From contig ADNK01002953.1 of assembly GCA_000320545.1 (NCBI GenBank), positions 1 through 64,000 on the forward strand: a stretch of DNA of 64,000 bases, in the 5' to 3' direction. Positions 12,143 through 26,034 of this stretch are shown here, one piece after another (position 1 is the first letter of the stretch; every line of letters begins with the position of its first letter). This DNA comes from Bigelowiella natans CCMP2755 (lineage: Eukaryota; Protista; Cercozoa). The notes below the pieces were generated by a model, which made no database searches, was not told where the DNA came from, and saw only the letters and a program-made list of their open reading frames with translations. A program made the position numbers and the translations under genes.

Positions 12143-13251
12143 AAGTGGCAGTAGTAGTAGTAGCAGCAGTAGTAGTAGTAGTGTAGTAGTAGCAGTGATG
12201 ATTAGTTGGAGGAGGACAATGGAAGGAGGAGGGGGGGGGGTAGAGAAGGGTAGTAAGATAGAATCATAAAAGGTCACACAACCAATACGATCATCGCCAT
12301 CACCACCACCGCCATCGTGCGTTGCAGGTACATCTGCTCGGAGCAGAACAACATCAGCCTCGTCGAGCCGATCTTAAAGGAGTGCCTGCAGCACTGCTGC
12401 GCGCAGTATCTCGGCGACCTATTCCAGACCGGCCCTGACACCTGGGACACGCTCTCCATCCCGAAGCGGTTCAAGCGCATCCTGCAGGAAATCGTGCGTG
12501 TCGCCCGGGAGAAGTCAAAGAACTTCAGCAAAGATGAGGCGACGAAGGTCGGGCCTATCAGAAGAGAAAAACAAGCGTTATCCTCATGATGAAGTATTTT
12601 TTTGGGTTGCATTCTCTGACAAATTCTGCTGCCTCCGTCTCGTCATACGCAGGACCTCGTCCGCAAGCTCAAATACGAGAACCGTGTTACCGAACGACGA
12701 ATGAAGCTGGAGGCTTATAAGGTTTGCTTCTCAGCCGTTGCGTTGTCTTTTGTCGTAGTGGTCTTTATTCGGAAAATTCTCCCCTCCCCTCTCCTCTCCT
12801 CCATCCTTCTCTTCCCTCGTTCATTCCCCCCCCCCCCCCCCCCAAAAAAAAGGACGTGATCGAGATGGCTATCGAAGATGAAGTTCTAACGAAGAAGGAG
12901 TTGGAAATGATCAACGCGACGCGTATTCGGCACGGGCTCTCCATGCGCGACCACAACTTAATCCTGAAGCAGCTCAACGTCTCCGAGCAGCAGTACTCGC
13001 AATTCACGCAGAACAAGCTGCGACTGACGTCGGACACTAAGCAGGAGGACCAGGGGAGCGACGAGGACCTGGCCAACATGATGACGTGTGTCGTGTGCCT
13101 GGACGCACGGAGCTCCTTTGTGATTATACCCTGCATGCATCTCTGCCTCTGCGAGGGCTGCTCGCCCTTCTACCTCTCCCAGCAGGCCGGGACGATGAAA
13201 TGCCCCAAGTGCCGTGCTACCGTGAAAACGGTCACCAAGGTTTTCATTTAG
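9703..13251 (+). CDS. PH domain - two ankyrin-repeat blocks - helical region - C3HC4 RING (putative E3 ubiquitin ligase)
   Basis: Exons 9703-9908, 9973-10042, 10174-11207, 11304-12083, 12328-12547, 12653-12721, 12853-13251. PH: EGWLYKRG...YQKRYFKL...RVYRLKAAN...WKYWVGAI. Ankyrin motifs GLTPLLCAA, GATALIIAA, GDSALSLAC. RING CVVC...PCMHLCLCEGC...CPKCR. Confidence 0.9.
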
Positions 13252-13739
13252 TACAAAAGCACCCCAGGTTTCACCCACTCCATCGAAACCACTTGCTCAC
13301 GCGAAAGGGGCAAGCTCAGAAACGAACAAAGGAGAACCCGCTGAGAGGTTTTGGAATACTGATTGTTCAACCATCGGTGGATCAAAGCCCCATCAGATTA
13401 GAACAAACCCAGGGGCTCCAGTTCAACTGAACCATGAGAAAAACGGCAGCTTCGGCCTTACTGGTCGCTGTGCAGTCAGGCCGGTGCCCCAACAGTAGCT
13501 CTGTATCATCACATTGGGAGTATAGTAAAAGGAGGAGGGATAGTAGGTAGTTTAGGTAGTAGCCTCGAGAGAAAGACGGATGTAATGAATCAATTAAATT
13601 AAATTTTTTCAATGGTCATTCTTATGTAGCTGTTCAATGTCTAAAGCTTTTTATTGTTGTCAGCGCAACAGCCAATAATAGCTGTATCATTCATAGCACA
13701 CAAAAATGACTAACGGCGTAAGCATAGTGATGACTAATG

Positions 13740-14300
13740 GATGGCCAGCAGTCGGTAGCAGCGCGACTACGGGTAACGACTGTAGCAATGGATGCTGACA
13801 GCGCGTACATGTACACGCAGGTGCAGTTGCATAGTTATGAATGATCATGAGACGGATGCAATGAAATGCAGTGATCAAATCTTTTCAATGCATGGTCATC
13901 CTAATGTAGCTACATGCAAAGCAGCGGCTAACCCTGATGTTGTTGTTGTGCCTATCACTCATTGCATGAACAATTGTACAATGCATGGATGCATGCTAGC
14001 ATGGTTCCAGGCAGTGCATCACATGACTATTCGATCCAGCATGAAATGTAACTAGATAGCTGCTGCTAGTAGCTGATTACGAGTGTGGCTACATGTATTG
14101 TTGCCATTTGTCAATGAGAATCATTGCGTTACATGTGGCTTGTAGCTCCGTAACCATGCACATCACACATGAGGAATCACACACGCACGATGCGCACACA
14201 TCTAGACATTCCATGCCTGCTGTGTAGCTCGAGAAAAATGCTTTGAGATGTATTACGATGATCTACATACACTACGCATTGCGAACGAGTGCGGTTTCGT
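13740..14300. other. Partially TpA-depleted block between convergent 3' ends
   Basis: CA/TG-rich (ATGCAT, CACAT); many surviving TA are in TAG/CTA (GTAGCTA, CTAG), but other contexts persist. Confidence 0.5.
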
Positions 14301-14606
14301 ATGCTGTGAAGCAATAATGCAGCGATCGCAAATGGTGGCCGGTCCCAAAAAATAATCTGTCTTCTTTTCTAGATCATTATTAAAGATTCATTCATCAAGT
14401 TTCGTTTCCTGTCATCAAGGCTAGGATGGGAAAACTATTCGATCGATGATGATGCTTAGACATGCATCGCTAGAGCGTGTGCACTCGGTTAGTGCTAAAT
14501 ATGCGACAATAATGATGAAACTGTGGTACTCCAAGTGTCAAAAACAGCGCACACACACAGCTACACACACAGCTACACACGCACAAACACGCACACAAAC
14601 ATCTAA

Positions 14607-17600
14607 CTAATAGTAGGTGTACTCCTCGACGATGTTCATCTTCTTCTCAGAGCCCTCAGGTGGGCCGAGGCGGATGAGGTACTTCCGCATCTCGTCGTAG
14701 ATCACGATGAACATGGAGAACGGCAGCGCCGGGAACCAGTGCACGAAGCGGATGGGCCTCGTCCCGATGACGCCGACGCCAGGGGTGTAGAGGAGAATAC
14801 ACGCGAGGACCGTCTCTTCCAGCAGCCCGATGTTGAGCACGGTGTTTCGCATGCCCTGGTGGTAGATACTGAGCCGTCGCGTCCTGCACGCGATGACGTC
14901 CGCCCACTGCACGATGACGATGGACACGAAGAAGGCCGACTGCGCGTGGAAGAGCGCCTCGTCGGGGATGTGGCACGTATCGGCGTCGTCGAACACGCAC
15001 TCCTGCAGGTTGATCGCGTTGTCGCCCACCTGCAGGTGCACCGCGTCCACGGTGCGCGGGGGGGTGAAGACCGCGTCGTCGCGGTCGTCCGCGAAGTCGA
15101 AGAAGAGCTGCGCGGCTCCGAGGAGCTCCCCGGCGGGGAAACCGTAGTCGCTAAGCACGACGAAGTACGCGTAGAACCCGGCGGCGGCCTGGATGACCCC
15201 GATCTGCAGGTAGGAAAACGAGATGAGCTTCCTCGTTACCAGCCGGTCGGTGCGCGAGTCGCGCGGCGGCTTCATCATGATGTCGGCCTCCTTGGCTTCG
15301 TAGGCGAGGGCGATGGCGGGGAGCAGGTCCGTTCCGAGGTCGATTAGCAGGATCAACACGGTGGTGAGGCCGAGCGGGATCTGCAGCACGATGAAGACGA
15401 GGAACGGCGTGATCTCGGGGATATTCGAGGATAGCGTGTACGCAATGGACTTCTTCAGGTTATCGAAGATCAGCCGTCCCTCCTCCATGCCGTCCACTAT
15501 GGACGCGAAGTCATCGTTGAGCAGGATCATATCCGCGGCGTCCTTGGCCACGTCCGACCCAACGATTCCCATGGCTACTCCGATGTCCGCTTGAGAGAGA
15601 GCTGGCGAGTCGTTGACGCCGTCGCCGGTAACTGCCACGATGTTCTTAATGCGCTTCGGCATGCGGCCATCCTTGTACCTCTTGAAGCGTTTCTCCTGCA
15701 GGGCCTTGATGATGGTCAGTTTGTTGGCCGGTGACGTGCGCGCGAACACGAGCTGCTCGAAATCCAGCACGTGGTCGAGCTCCTCGTCGCTCAGCTGGTT
15801 CACCTCCGCGCCCTTGATGACCCGCGCCCCGATGTCGGGATGATCATAGTCAATCTCACTGATTGGCACGCGCTCGCGGGCGGCCACATCCCTCCTGGTG
15901 GGCTTGGTGATGATGCCAACCATTTTGGCGATTGCCTCCGCGGTGTCGGGGTGGTCCCCAGTGACCATGATTACCTGGATCCCGGCCGTCTGGCACGAGC
16001 GGACGGCCCCGGGAACCGCGGGGCGGGGGGGGTCGATCAGTGCCGCGAGCCCGATGAAGGTGTACCCTCGGTGCGGGAAGTTGGAGTCGACGCCGCCCTC
16101 CCCGTCCCACTTGTACTCGTATCCGGGCTTGAACATGTTCGGGTCGAGGCGCTTCATGCAGAGCGCGAGGACGCGCTCGCCGTTGTTCATCAGTCGGAAC
16201 AGCCCGTCGCTATACTTGGCCTCGACCTCCTCTTTGGCCTGCTCCTTCCCGTCGACGAGCACGTTGTCGCACCGCTGCCAGATCCTCTCGGGCGCCCCCT
16301 TCATCCACAGGACGTGCTCGCTGCCCATCTCGCAGACGTGCAGCATGAACTTGTTGGTGGAGTTGAACGGCAGCTTGTACACCGCGGGGTACTTCCTGCG
16401 CTCCTCCTCGATCCGCATCCCGTCCTTGCGGAGCAGCGGCTCCATAAACTTAATCATGGCGCCCTCGGACGCGTCCCCGGAGAACCTCCGGGCCTGGAAG
16501 GGGATGTTGTCCTTCTCCTCCTGCTTATCTGTGAAGCTGGCCGTGGTGCAGAGCCCAAGACAGTGCTTGACGACGGAGAAGGTCTTCCCGTCGCGGTCCT
16601 CCTTGCCCTCCATGAAGTCGGCGGCGTTTCTCTGCTTTCCGTCGAACCAGAAGTGCTGCAGCGTCATGATGTTTTGCGTCAGCGTCCCGGTCTTGTCGGA
16701 GGCGATTACGTTGGTGGAGCCCAGGGTCTCCACCGCCTCCAGGTTCTTCACAAGGACCTTCTTCTGCGCCATGCGCTGAGCGGTCAGGGTCAGGGACACG
16801 GTCACGGTGGCGAGCAGTCCTACGGCTCATTTGAAAGCTTAGAAGAAAGAACTCGGTATTGAGCCCTTGACTATACGTTCGCAGCACGATCGCGTCTGAA
16901 GCTGGCGATGAATGCACAACCCCATCTGGGGGCGGGGGGGGGGGGAGAATCTTCTAATCTCTACTTACACTACGCCAACCACACAGACGGACCTCACCGT
17001 TGACACTACTACTACTACTACTACTATTAATAATAATAATACAAATAATAGTAATACCTTCAGGGACGTTGGCCACGATTATCCCGATGGCGAACACCAC
17101 GTTATCGAGCGCGTCAAGGCCCAGAATGAACCCGAGCACGAAGAACAACACGCCGAGGAAGATGGCAACGGCGGAGATGATCTTGATGAAGTGGTTAATT
17201 TCTCGATTGATGGGAGTCTCCCCGCCCTCGCTCGCCTCGGAAGCTAGCTTCGCAATAGAACCAATGGTGGTATGATCTCCGGTTGCTGTCACAATACCCG
17301 TGCCGTTCCCATTCACGCACAGCGTCCCATAGAAGCACATGTTGGTCGCCTCGAGAAGCTCGGAGCCTTCCTTCATGATAGCCGTGTCCCGTTTCTGGGC
17401 CTCGGACTCACCGGTGAGGGAAGCGTTGTCAACCTTCATCTCAGACTGTTTCAATATCCTGATGTCGGCTGGTATTTTCATGCCGTTTTGGATCTTTACT
17501 AAGTCCCCAGGGACGAGATTCTCTGCCAGGACTTCCTTGGCCTCTCCGTCGCGCGTGACGATGCACTTTTCGGGGAGGAAGTTCTTGAAGCCTGCCATTA

Positions 17601-18477
17601 CGGCGGCGGATTTAGCGTCCTGGTAGTATGAGAAGACCCCGGTGATAGCGACAACAGCAGCAAGAACGACTCCAAGGTAGAGCTGTTGTATTGTATGGAC
17701 GGGAGTCGTGTTTAAGGCAAACAAAGTTGTGCATTAAAAAAGCACTAGAAAGTTTGTAACGAAAAACAAAGTACTCAGTAGAAGGAGTCGGATGAAATTA
17801 TGTTAGGCGGAACTGCTACGTAGTTACTATTCGTGCATTTTTCATTGAGGGGGAGGGAGGGAAGGGAGGGGAGGGTTGATGAGATGACTACTTACGCACA
17901 TTGTCTTGTGATTCTGGATTGATTCCAAACGCAATGAAGCATAGGATTGATGCCATCCAAAGCAGGAGGGAAAAGAAGCCAGTCATATGCTCGAGAAGTT
18001 TTAATACCCAAAATTTTTCTGGGGGAGGAGTGAGCTGATTCTTACCATACCTCTCCAGGTTTTTATCGTATTCGGCAGAGGTGAGACCTTTGTCTTTGTC
18101 TGTATTGAACTCCTTGCAGACGGTATCGATGTCTTGAGTATGTTCCGATCGCTCATCTAGTTCTTTCTCCTCCTCCTTAGCGTCTTTTGGATCCTTCCCG
18201 GCCTTTCTAAGCTCTTTGCGGCGAATCGACTGGGAAATGACAAAAGTACGGCAAAGAACACTTATTGGATTATTCGACTTCATGGCAGCGCTGCTAAAGT
18301 TAAATCTCGCATAAAGGTGTATCAGGAGATAAATGTGGGCGAGTCAATGGGAAAGGAAGGACATCTCACTTCAGCCTTGGTGCGAGATACTGCAGTGACC
18401 AGGTTGGAGTCTATGTCCCGCTCAACAACTGCGGGCTCTCCTTTCTGTTCTTCCACCTTCCTTTCAGCGAGTTCCAT
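14607..18477 (-). CDS. P-type IIC ATPase alpha subunit (Na+/K+-ATPase-like)
   Basis: Exons 18477-18370, 18229-17900, 17682-17058, 16819-14607. Motifs VDNASLTGESE, IIVANVPEG|LLATVTV, SDKTGTLTQN, MKGAPE, MVTGDH, TGDGVNDSPAL, KKSIAYTLSSNIPEI, IDLGTD, VQWAD, C-terminal EEYTYY*. Confidence 0.97.
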
Positions 18478-19458
18478 CTGAATATCAATTTATTTTGGGT
18501 CACGTCGGACTTGATATCCAATTTGTTTGGGAACGGAATAAACTCCGTGCTACCGTGGATGCTGTTGGAGATTGCGCAGGAAGGAAGCCTCAGTCTGCGA
18601 AAACCAAGTATCGATGTACATAGATTTGAATCTATTGGGACTCACCCTCATAAAACAAAACTAGGCAAAATGAAATTTGGAGAGAGATACTGATAAAAGG
18701 AAGAAAGGGCGAAGGCGAAGAAGTGCAAATGTATACTGGGGGGGACGGGGTGTGTGAGATGTGTCGAGCGAGCACCCTCTCTTTCCTTCCTTTAAAAGGT
18801 AGAATTTTCGAAAAATCTCCCACAATTTCTATCTACGACGACTCGTCAAGCATGTTTTTTACAATAAATCCAGAGTAGTTGCACAGCTGTTCGAGTATTC
18901 ACAGCAGTCCTCAACACTTCGCCTTTGTGAAAATTGGAGGAAGCACAGGAGACTTCCCTCTAGCGACTTTGACAACCGTCTTGTCTTTCAAGTAAAATTT
19001 CCAAGCACTTCCTGCTCGAATGAAAGAATTCATCCTACGGGCAAACACGAAGAAGCGTGCTATTTTCCATGTGTTCAGCTATTTCGAGCACATTGCCTCA
19101 TAAAATGAATCGGATTCATCAGAATTAGGTCGGTAGAGTGTGGTCTCATTTCATCAAAATCGTCTGAATCACGATTGCGGATCGGTACTATTTATGTGTT
19201 TTGGCAGTCCTTTCTTTTTTGGGTCAAACCCCCGAGAAAATAGATCAAGATCTACAGGAAAAATTGTTGCTTGTCTTCGTGGCGCTCTTCCCAGCATTCC
19301 GATGGAATAAAAATCAGGCCGTTAACATCGAAGTTTGATGATCTGATATCAGGACTTTTTTTTCCCCTAATAATGCAATTGCGTCGGTTACTACAAGTAC
19401 CACCTCTTCTTTTGCTTTATTGAACTCACCCCATCGAGGGGTGCATTGTGTAGAGCAA

Positions 19459-20250
19459 ATGGCTGGTGCTACTGTAACGCTGTTTTGCCTTTATACCGTT
19501 GCGCATGCCGTCATTGCCATCTTTGAGATCTTTCGTCAGGCCTGCAGACCGTCCGGTACCACTAGCATCCAAGGATTTTTTGTCAGGGCAGCCATAGTCT
19601 TCTTTACGCTGGCGCTGGTGGCCAATAACTCCTCGCTCGCTGCTGGGGGCTTGAAATCGCCTGGAAGAGCCAATAAAGCCGTATTCTATCTCGGAGACTT
19701 TAATCATTTGGTGTTGCTACCTATCATCATACCGATGGCCGGAGAAATTGCGTTACGTGTCCGGGCAGAGGCGGAGGGCAGTGCCGCTCTACCCCCGCCG
19801 CGCTGGTTGCGACCAGCAACTTGGCTCGCTGCCGTCATATTTGGGGCGATGGGAATATATCAGCTCTATGAAGAGATGCAACAGGATGAGTTTCCGACTG
19901 TGAAGCATGACAGTGGGGTAGCTTATTATGCGCCACCACGCGAATCCTTGCCGATTGGTGTAATTGCTGTTTCGCTTTCGGTGCTAACCGCTGGTGCATA
20001 CTCTGCCTGGCGCATCCAATACTGGAAGCTACTAGCGTTGCAAGGCATCGGCTTGGTAGGTCAAGTGGTTGCCGCGTCCTCGAAAGGGTATGTGCAGGTT
20101 GTGAGCAATGGTTTTGAGGTGGTTTTTATGCTCAGTTTAGCACTGGCTGAACGGAGATTCTTCAGCAGCAACGACTTTGTGGTCTCTATCTTACAAAACT
20201 CATTGGGCATGGCGACCCTGTTAGTCGAGGAGGACTCAGGGCACGCCTAG
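19459..20250 (+). CDS. Intronless multi-pass (about 7-8 TM) membrane protein, unknown function
   Basis: 263-codon ORF from ATG 19459 with regularly spaced hydrophobic helices and no microsatellites. Confidence 0.7.
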   Translation: MAGATVTLFCLYTVAHAVIAIFEIFRQACRPSGTTSIQGFFVRAAIVFFTLALVANNSSLAAGGLKSPGRANKAVFYLGDFNHLVLLPIIIPMAGEIALRVRAEAEGSAALPPPRWLRPATWLAAVIFGAMGIYQLYEEMQQDEFPTVKHDSGVAYYAPPRESLPIGVIAVSLSVLTAGAYSAWRIQYWKLLALQGIGLVGQVVAASSKGYVQVVSNGFEVVFMLSLALAERRFFSSNDFVVSILQNSLGMATLLVEEDSGHA

Positions 20251-20688
20251 CTTGATGACAAGCGGAACACCTGATGGGTGGGATGATAGCTTGCTAGCTG
20301 AATGGTTCTTGCCAACCTGAAGATAACATGATGAGTGTGAGACCAAAACAGTGATAGAAGAGGCAACAATCACATCAGAACTAGCATTTTCCAACTTGTA
20401 GCTACGCTCACTATCAGCACTCAGTGATCAGAACTCAAATTCTTCAGCACAGCATGCACCAAGTGAATGAATCGAATGAAGCAATTCCAATGCATGTCGC
20501 TGCCAGCTTCTGCATGTGACAAACCGAAATTGACACTTGGCAGCAAGCACTTTTCGCACATAGATGATATTTCTCCGTGGACATTTGTTCCGCGCGCGCA
20601 CATTGCAATAATTGTTCAATGCATGTCCGTAAGATGTGTCCATTATTTACATCCACAGATGCGCGCGCTGTCATTAGACACTTATTCT

Positions 20689-20755
<67 letters not shown>

Positions 20756-20870
20756 TTACAAATAGAGAGAGAGACTAGTCGATTAGATAGCTGCGTGCTT
20801 GGCGGCGCACCAAAAAGTTGGTTGAATCTAGCACATGATATGCGCGCATCGCACTTGTAATGTACTCATG
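20250..20870. other. Partially TpA-depleted block between convergent 3' ends
   Basis: CA/TG-rich; surviving TA largely CTAG/TAG/CTA. Confidence 0.5.
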
Positions 20871-20876
20871 TGTCTG

Positions 20877-21486
20877 TCAGAACGTGGAGCATGCGAATCG
20901 ACGCCCAAACTCGCCCCGAGACTGTGCAGCTGTACTGTACCCAGAGATTGTGCCCAAATGGCACCTACACACGGCGCTACGTGACCGCAAAGGTTGCTGT
21001 GCAAGATGGCATATTGCATCCACAGCACATTATCCCCTGCCTTTTTGCTTTGCGATCTAAAATGATTCACAACGATGAAGAATATGTAAGGGGGAAAGCG
21101 GCTTGTCTCAGCAGACGTAGAGTGGTAAGGACAAAGTCCATTTTACATCATTCTCCCCGCTCCCCCGAAATTCAATTCCCACTATCAAACACTTCACATG
21201 TGAAGACATCATGCATCAGTATGTGATTGTACCCTAGATTTCTTCGCACATCGTTTACAATCACGGTTGTCAATGCCGGTGGCATGGGTCAAGATAGCGG
21301 AAGACACCGCATACTGTAAGAAAGGCAGCAGCAACCGATGCAGAATAGAGCGATAAATATCAAGAAGAACTACGCCAAAGAATTAATTCCAACAACATAT
21401 TTAAACTGTTGATGCTTCCCTTCAAGAAACGCTCAATTATTTCTCTCTTTCTCTATGTCCCTTCGCCTACTACGGACGTATATGCG

Positions 21487-21523
<37 letters not shown>

Positions 21524-21831
21524 CGGTGTCTATTTTCTCTCTCTCTCTCATTCTCTCTCCGTCCTTCTATCTCCCCCTCCCCCCTGTGGACTGCTACTGA
21601 CATGCGTTAATTCGCGACTACCAAGAACTGCAATCCGCACTGCGCCTTTTTCTTACATGGCTCTTCAGAAGGCCTAGCGACGTGATGAGGGTGTTAACTA
21701 TCAACGGCGATCGATTTTCTCCAATAAGGAAAAAACAGTTGTTTGGGCCTACCTGAAGGCTGTCCTGCACGTCCCCGAGGCCACTTCGTACTCAAACACG
21801 GTGCATTTTGCATGCTTCTTGCAAATATTGC

Positions 21832-21870
<39 letters not shown>

Positions 21871-23081
21871 GGGGGGGGAGGGGAGGGGAGGGGAAAAGGG
21901 ATGAAGAATAGATTGTATGTTATTTGTGGTCTTTGAATTCTTTTTATGCAAGGCACTGCTGTCTTACAGCATCTTCTCTCCCCCTCCATCGCAAATCGAC
22001 CATTTTCCTACGAATATAATATCAAAGGAGAGAGTAACACATCTAGCTTTCGATTGGGAGAACGGCGTAGCACGTGCGCCGTGCACAATGCCCTCTAAAT
22101 GAGTCGTAAGTCTCATTTTTTTTTGGCCGGTAAAAGCCCGCATTGCTCGACGCAAGTATCGATTTCTACACTTGTTATTCTCCTTCTCACCTCGGACTCA
22201 AAGGGGTGCGTTGTGAGGTTGTTGGCAAAAGAGAATTCCTTGAATACAGCCAACTCTGTGGGGATTCTCTGTATGATGAAACGTGATTATCAGTACACCA
22301 CCTACACATGCATGTGCATGCATAAGTGTGTTTGTGTGTGTGTCACCACCAACATATCACTATTACCTCTTCGATCCGAAATCCCGGCAGCCGTGAGAAT
22401 CCGACACACGGTGCTGATGAGAGGAGAAAAGAGCGACACATGATGATAATAATGATAATAATGATGATGATGACGATGATGATGATGACGATGATGAGCG
22501 TAGCTACAAAACATCGACGAACCGCCCAACGTTGCTTGGAATACTACACACAACCGACTCACAAACGCTGTGCGAAAAAACAACGCGCAGACTCCCGCCC
22601 AACACCGAGCAAACACGCCGATTCGCGCGTGAATAATCGCTATGCACATCACCGCCACATCTATGCACGACGATCTCCCCTTCAGTTGTTCTCTCCACGT
22701 GTGCATTCATCCGCTCTCCCAATGCTGCTTTTGGTGCACAGACGATGCTATTATCAAGAGATCTCACGCGCGGCGCGGCCAAAAGATATTTTCCTTTGGA
22801 AAGCCGCCCAACCGACCGTGGTAGTAGCGGAATACTTCCTGCCATTGCTCTTTTGTTCTTGTTAGAGGTCCCATCCTCGATTCTGGAGGAGGAGGAGGAG
22901 GAAGAGAAGAAGATAAACGCAAGAACGACAACGATGATGATGAGCACAAGGCGAGAGTTATTATTGAGCGCCGAGGAAAGGTACAGCACCAGATACACAA
23001 ACTATCATGATCAAAGCGTACACGCGCCTCCGTAGACGAATGCAACCACTAAACAGAATTAGATAGGTTATACACACACAA

Positions 23082-23125
<44 letters not shown>

Positions 23126-24124
23126 TATCATTAGTATCAAAACGGCGAATACAACAACCGCTGCTCACACCCTCACCTTCAAATAGCTTCGAGAGAGGAG
23201 GGAGACTCTCCTCCATCTCCTCTGCCTCCTCTCCAGCTGCGCCATCAGCTCTACGATGACTATCATTGTAACTCTGCTTGCTCTCCCTCAGCTGCGTGGC
23301 CGCCGTTGCAAAGGTTGGGTTCCTTGGGGGAGACGGTTGGCCTTGATTTACGTAAGACACCGGCGACGAAGAGGGATTATCTCTGGTGAATCGCCAGTTT
23401 TCAGCCCGCACACAAGAGGGGCGCAGCAGCCTATGCACTACATCATAGCTGGGAAAAGAGGAGGAGGAGGAGGGGGGGGCAGGGAGGCAGAAGAAAGGAT
23501 GATCTGAACGAGCACGTGAGACTGGATGGTGGTGATGGTGGTGATGGTGGTGATGGTGGTGATGATGGTGATAATGATAATGCTATTGATGATGCTGCTG
23601 ATGATGAGTGGGTGGAAGGGGATTCTACCAATTTCTTAAATATGCTGTATTTGTGTTCGTTGCTGTCGGATCATGCTCATCAAATTATCATCAGCCTCGC
23701 CACCAGCACCACCGCCATCATCATCCTTTCACCATTCTATTCAATAATAAGGCGACTTACGCGTCCTGGGAGGCTTTGAGGTAGTTGTACCAATCGTAGG
23801 TGGAGAGCGGCGTGAAGATCTCCCTGGCGACGTAAAATATCTGGTTTGTGATCGAGATCGGATTCGTGACCTGCTTAGCATAACACGCGGCGCAATCAAA
23901 AAAAGATAGGTGATGGTGCGGACGCATAGGCATCATCATCATCTTCATCATCATTCTCCTCATCATCATTGCTTCTAACTTCCTTACAGCCGGATACCCT
24001 TCTCCCGCCATCATCACACCCCCCCTATCCTAAAAGCACACTACTGTCGCTGACCTTAATCATGGCCACGTTTAGAGGAACTTCCTCGATTCGAAGAAAG
24101 GTCTTGCGCCCTTTGGTACGGAAG

Positions 24125-24155
<31 letters not shown>

Positions 24156-25289
24156 GAAGAAGAAGAAGGAGGAGGAGGAGGAGGAGGCAAAGAACAGGGT
24201 CAGGGTACAGGCCGAGGCTATCGACGAAACAGAAGACAGAGGAGGGGGGAGGGGGAGGAAAAATTGAAGGGACAATCACTATATTCATCATACATCATCG
24301 GTACCCTGTGCGCAGCCGAATACCCCTATTTCCTCCGAGGACCTTGAGGTGTGGTTGGGGGTGATGGTTTTAAGGGAAGGGTAGGAACGATTACGACGAT
24401 AACAAAAAAACACACCCCTTTCACGAGCATCATGATGTGAGTGTGAGTGCGAGCGTGAGCGTGAGTTAGCGTGTGTTTATCAATGCTCTTTGAGCGGCGA
24501 TTGTGCGTGGCGGCTCCACCCTGTGGGGTGCCATCGGCACTCCATTTTCTTCTTGTAAGCGATATGATGCCCTCCAACGCCCGCAGAGTTTAACATTCCT
24601 ACCAAGGAAGAGAGAGTCGCAGTTCGTGAGGAGACAAAGTTAGCGATGACGGTGATGATGAATCTGGCGGTGGTGGTCGATCATGATGATGATGATGATG
24701 AGCACAAGAAAGGGAAAGGTGATAGCAGCATCACGAGGGCAGCGGGTTCCTAGTAGGCTGCGACATCGTCGCACGTCACCACCACCATCTTGATCGATAT
24801 ACGCCGCATATCATCACCGCCTACCTGTGATGTGGAAGGTCCCTCCAGGTGTCATCGTCTGTTTGTTGTCATTATTGTTGTTATCATTATTATCGCTATT
24901 ATTGGTTGATTGGTGTTGTTTGTTGTTGTTTGCTGTTTCAAACGCAATCGCCCCCAGAATATGCGGGCAGCCTTTCGGATCATGTTGCGAGGGTAGCTCG
25001 CGTGTCTTCGAAAGGCCTATGGGATCGCTCTGCCCCTCGCCGTGTGTGTTACACGAGAAAGAGAGTCAAAGTTTTTCTTTTTTTTTCATGAGCGCGCACG
25101 CGCGCACGCGCGCACGTGTGTGTGTGTGTGTGATGTTGTATATATATACCATGGCTCTGTTCTTGCCGAGAGCGACGAGCTCAAAGAGCTCCTTTTTCCT
25201 TGCTGCTGTGGTGGTAGGAGTCATCATCACGGTTGTTGCTTCGGCGTCGCAAGGGAAGTGTGCGTGCGTGCTGTGTGTGTGATTTATAA

Positions 25290-25324
<35 letters not shown>

Positions 25325-26002
25325 AATATATGTATGATATACGAGATCGGGAACCTGTAAGTCTTTCTTCCTTTATGATGTGCCGCACCATGAATGGAAT
25401 GTAGCCTGCGTGCAAGGTATGAACGGTCATGGGCGATTTGAAGGAACTCGACGCACACCGAATCGAGTTGACAGCGATCATTATGCTCGTACGGAGTATC
25501 TTGTCTATGCTGAAATACACCAATTACTTCGATCCCGCAGCGCGGCTCTATGGCCGTGTCGCGGGACGAAAGCCATGTAGTTTTCTTGTTTCTCTATTAT
25601 CATCTTTTTCTCGATGAAGTCTCTACTCTCATACCCGGCGGGTAGATGTCGTCGTTGTCCATGCTAATAATAATAATAATAATAATAATAATAGTAATAA
25701 TGAAAAGCGGTAAAGTGATAGGCAAACCGCAGTAAGAGGCAACGACGCGCTACTACAAATAAACCTGTGATAGAATCAAACGCGCGGCGCACAAAATATG
25801 CCGCAAACACACACGCGCGCAGTGCTTGGTACAGATGGCGGAGGCAATATCGTCAGGATACTCTCGCATATCCCGCCATCAACTATCCTGAAACACCCTC
25901 TCCCAAGCACAACCCGCCCAAAACAGATCTCACTGCCTGCCTCGCGCTGGAAGCTATATGGGCGGGGTAAAGGGAAGAACACCACTGCTCCTAACTAGCG
26001 TG

Positions 26003-26034
<32 letters not shown>

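Noticed and set aside
14656-17626. Long plus-strand and alternate-frame ORFs (up to 363 aa) over the ATPase
   Set aside because: Shadow ORFs caused by very high GC3 of the real minus-strand gene; no recognisable motifs.
24950-25970. Plus-strand exon-like frames (e.g. MGDLKELDAHRIELTAIIMLV)
   Set aside because: They do not chain consistently; minus-strand exons fit the flanking gene better.
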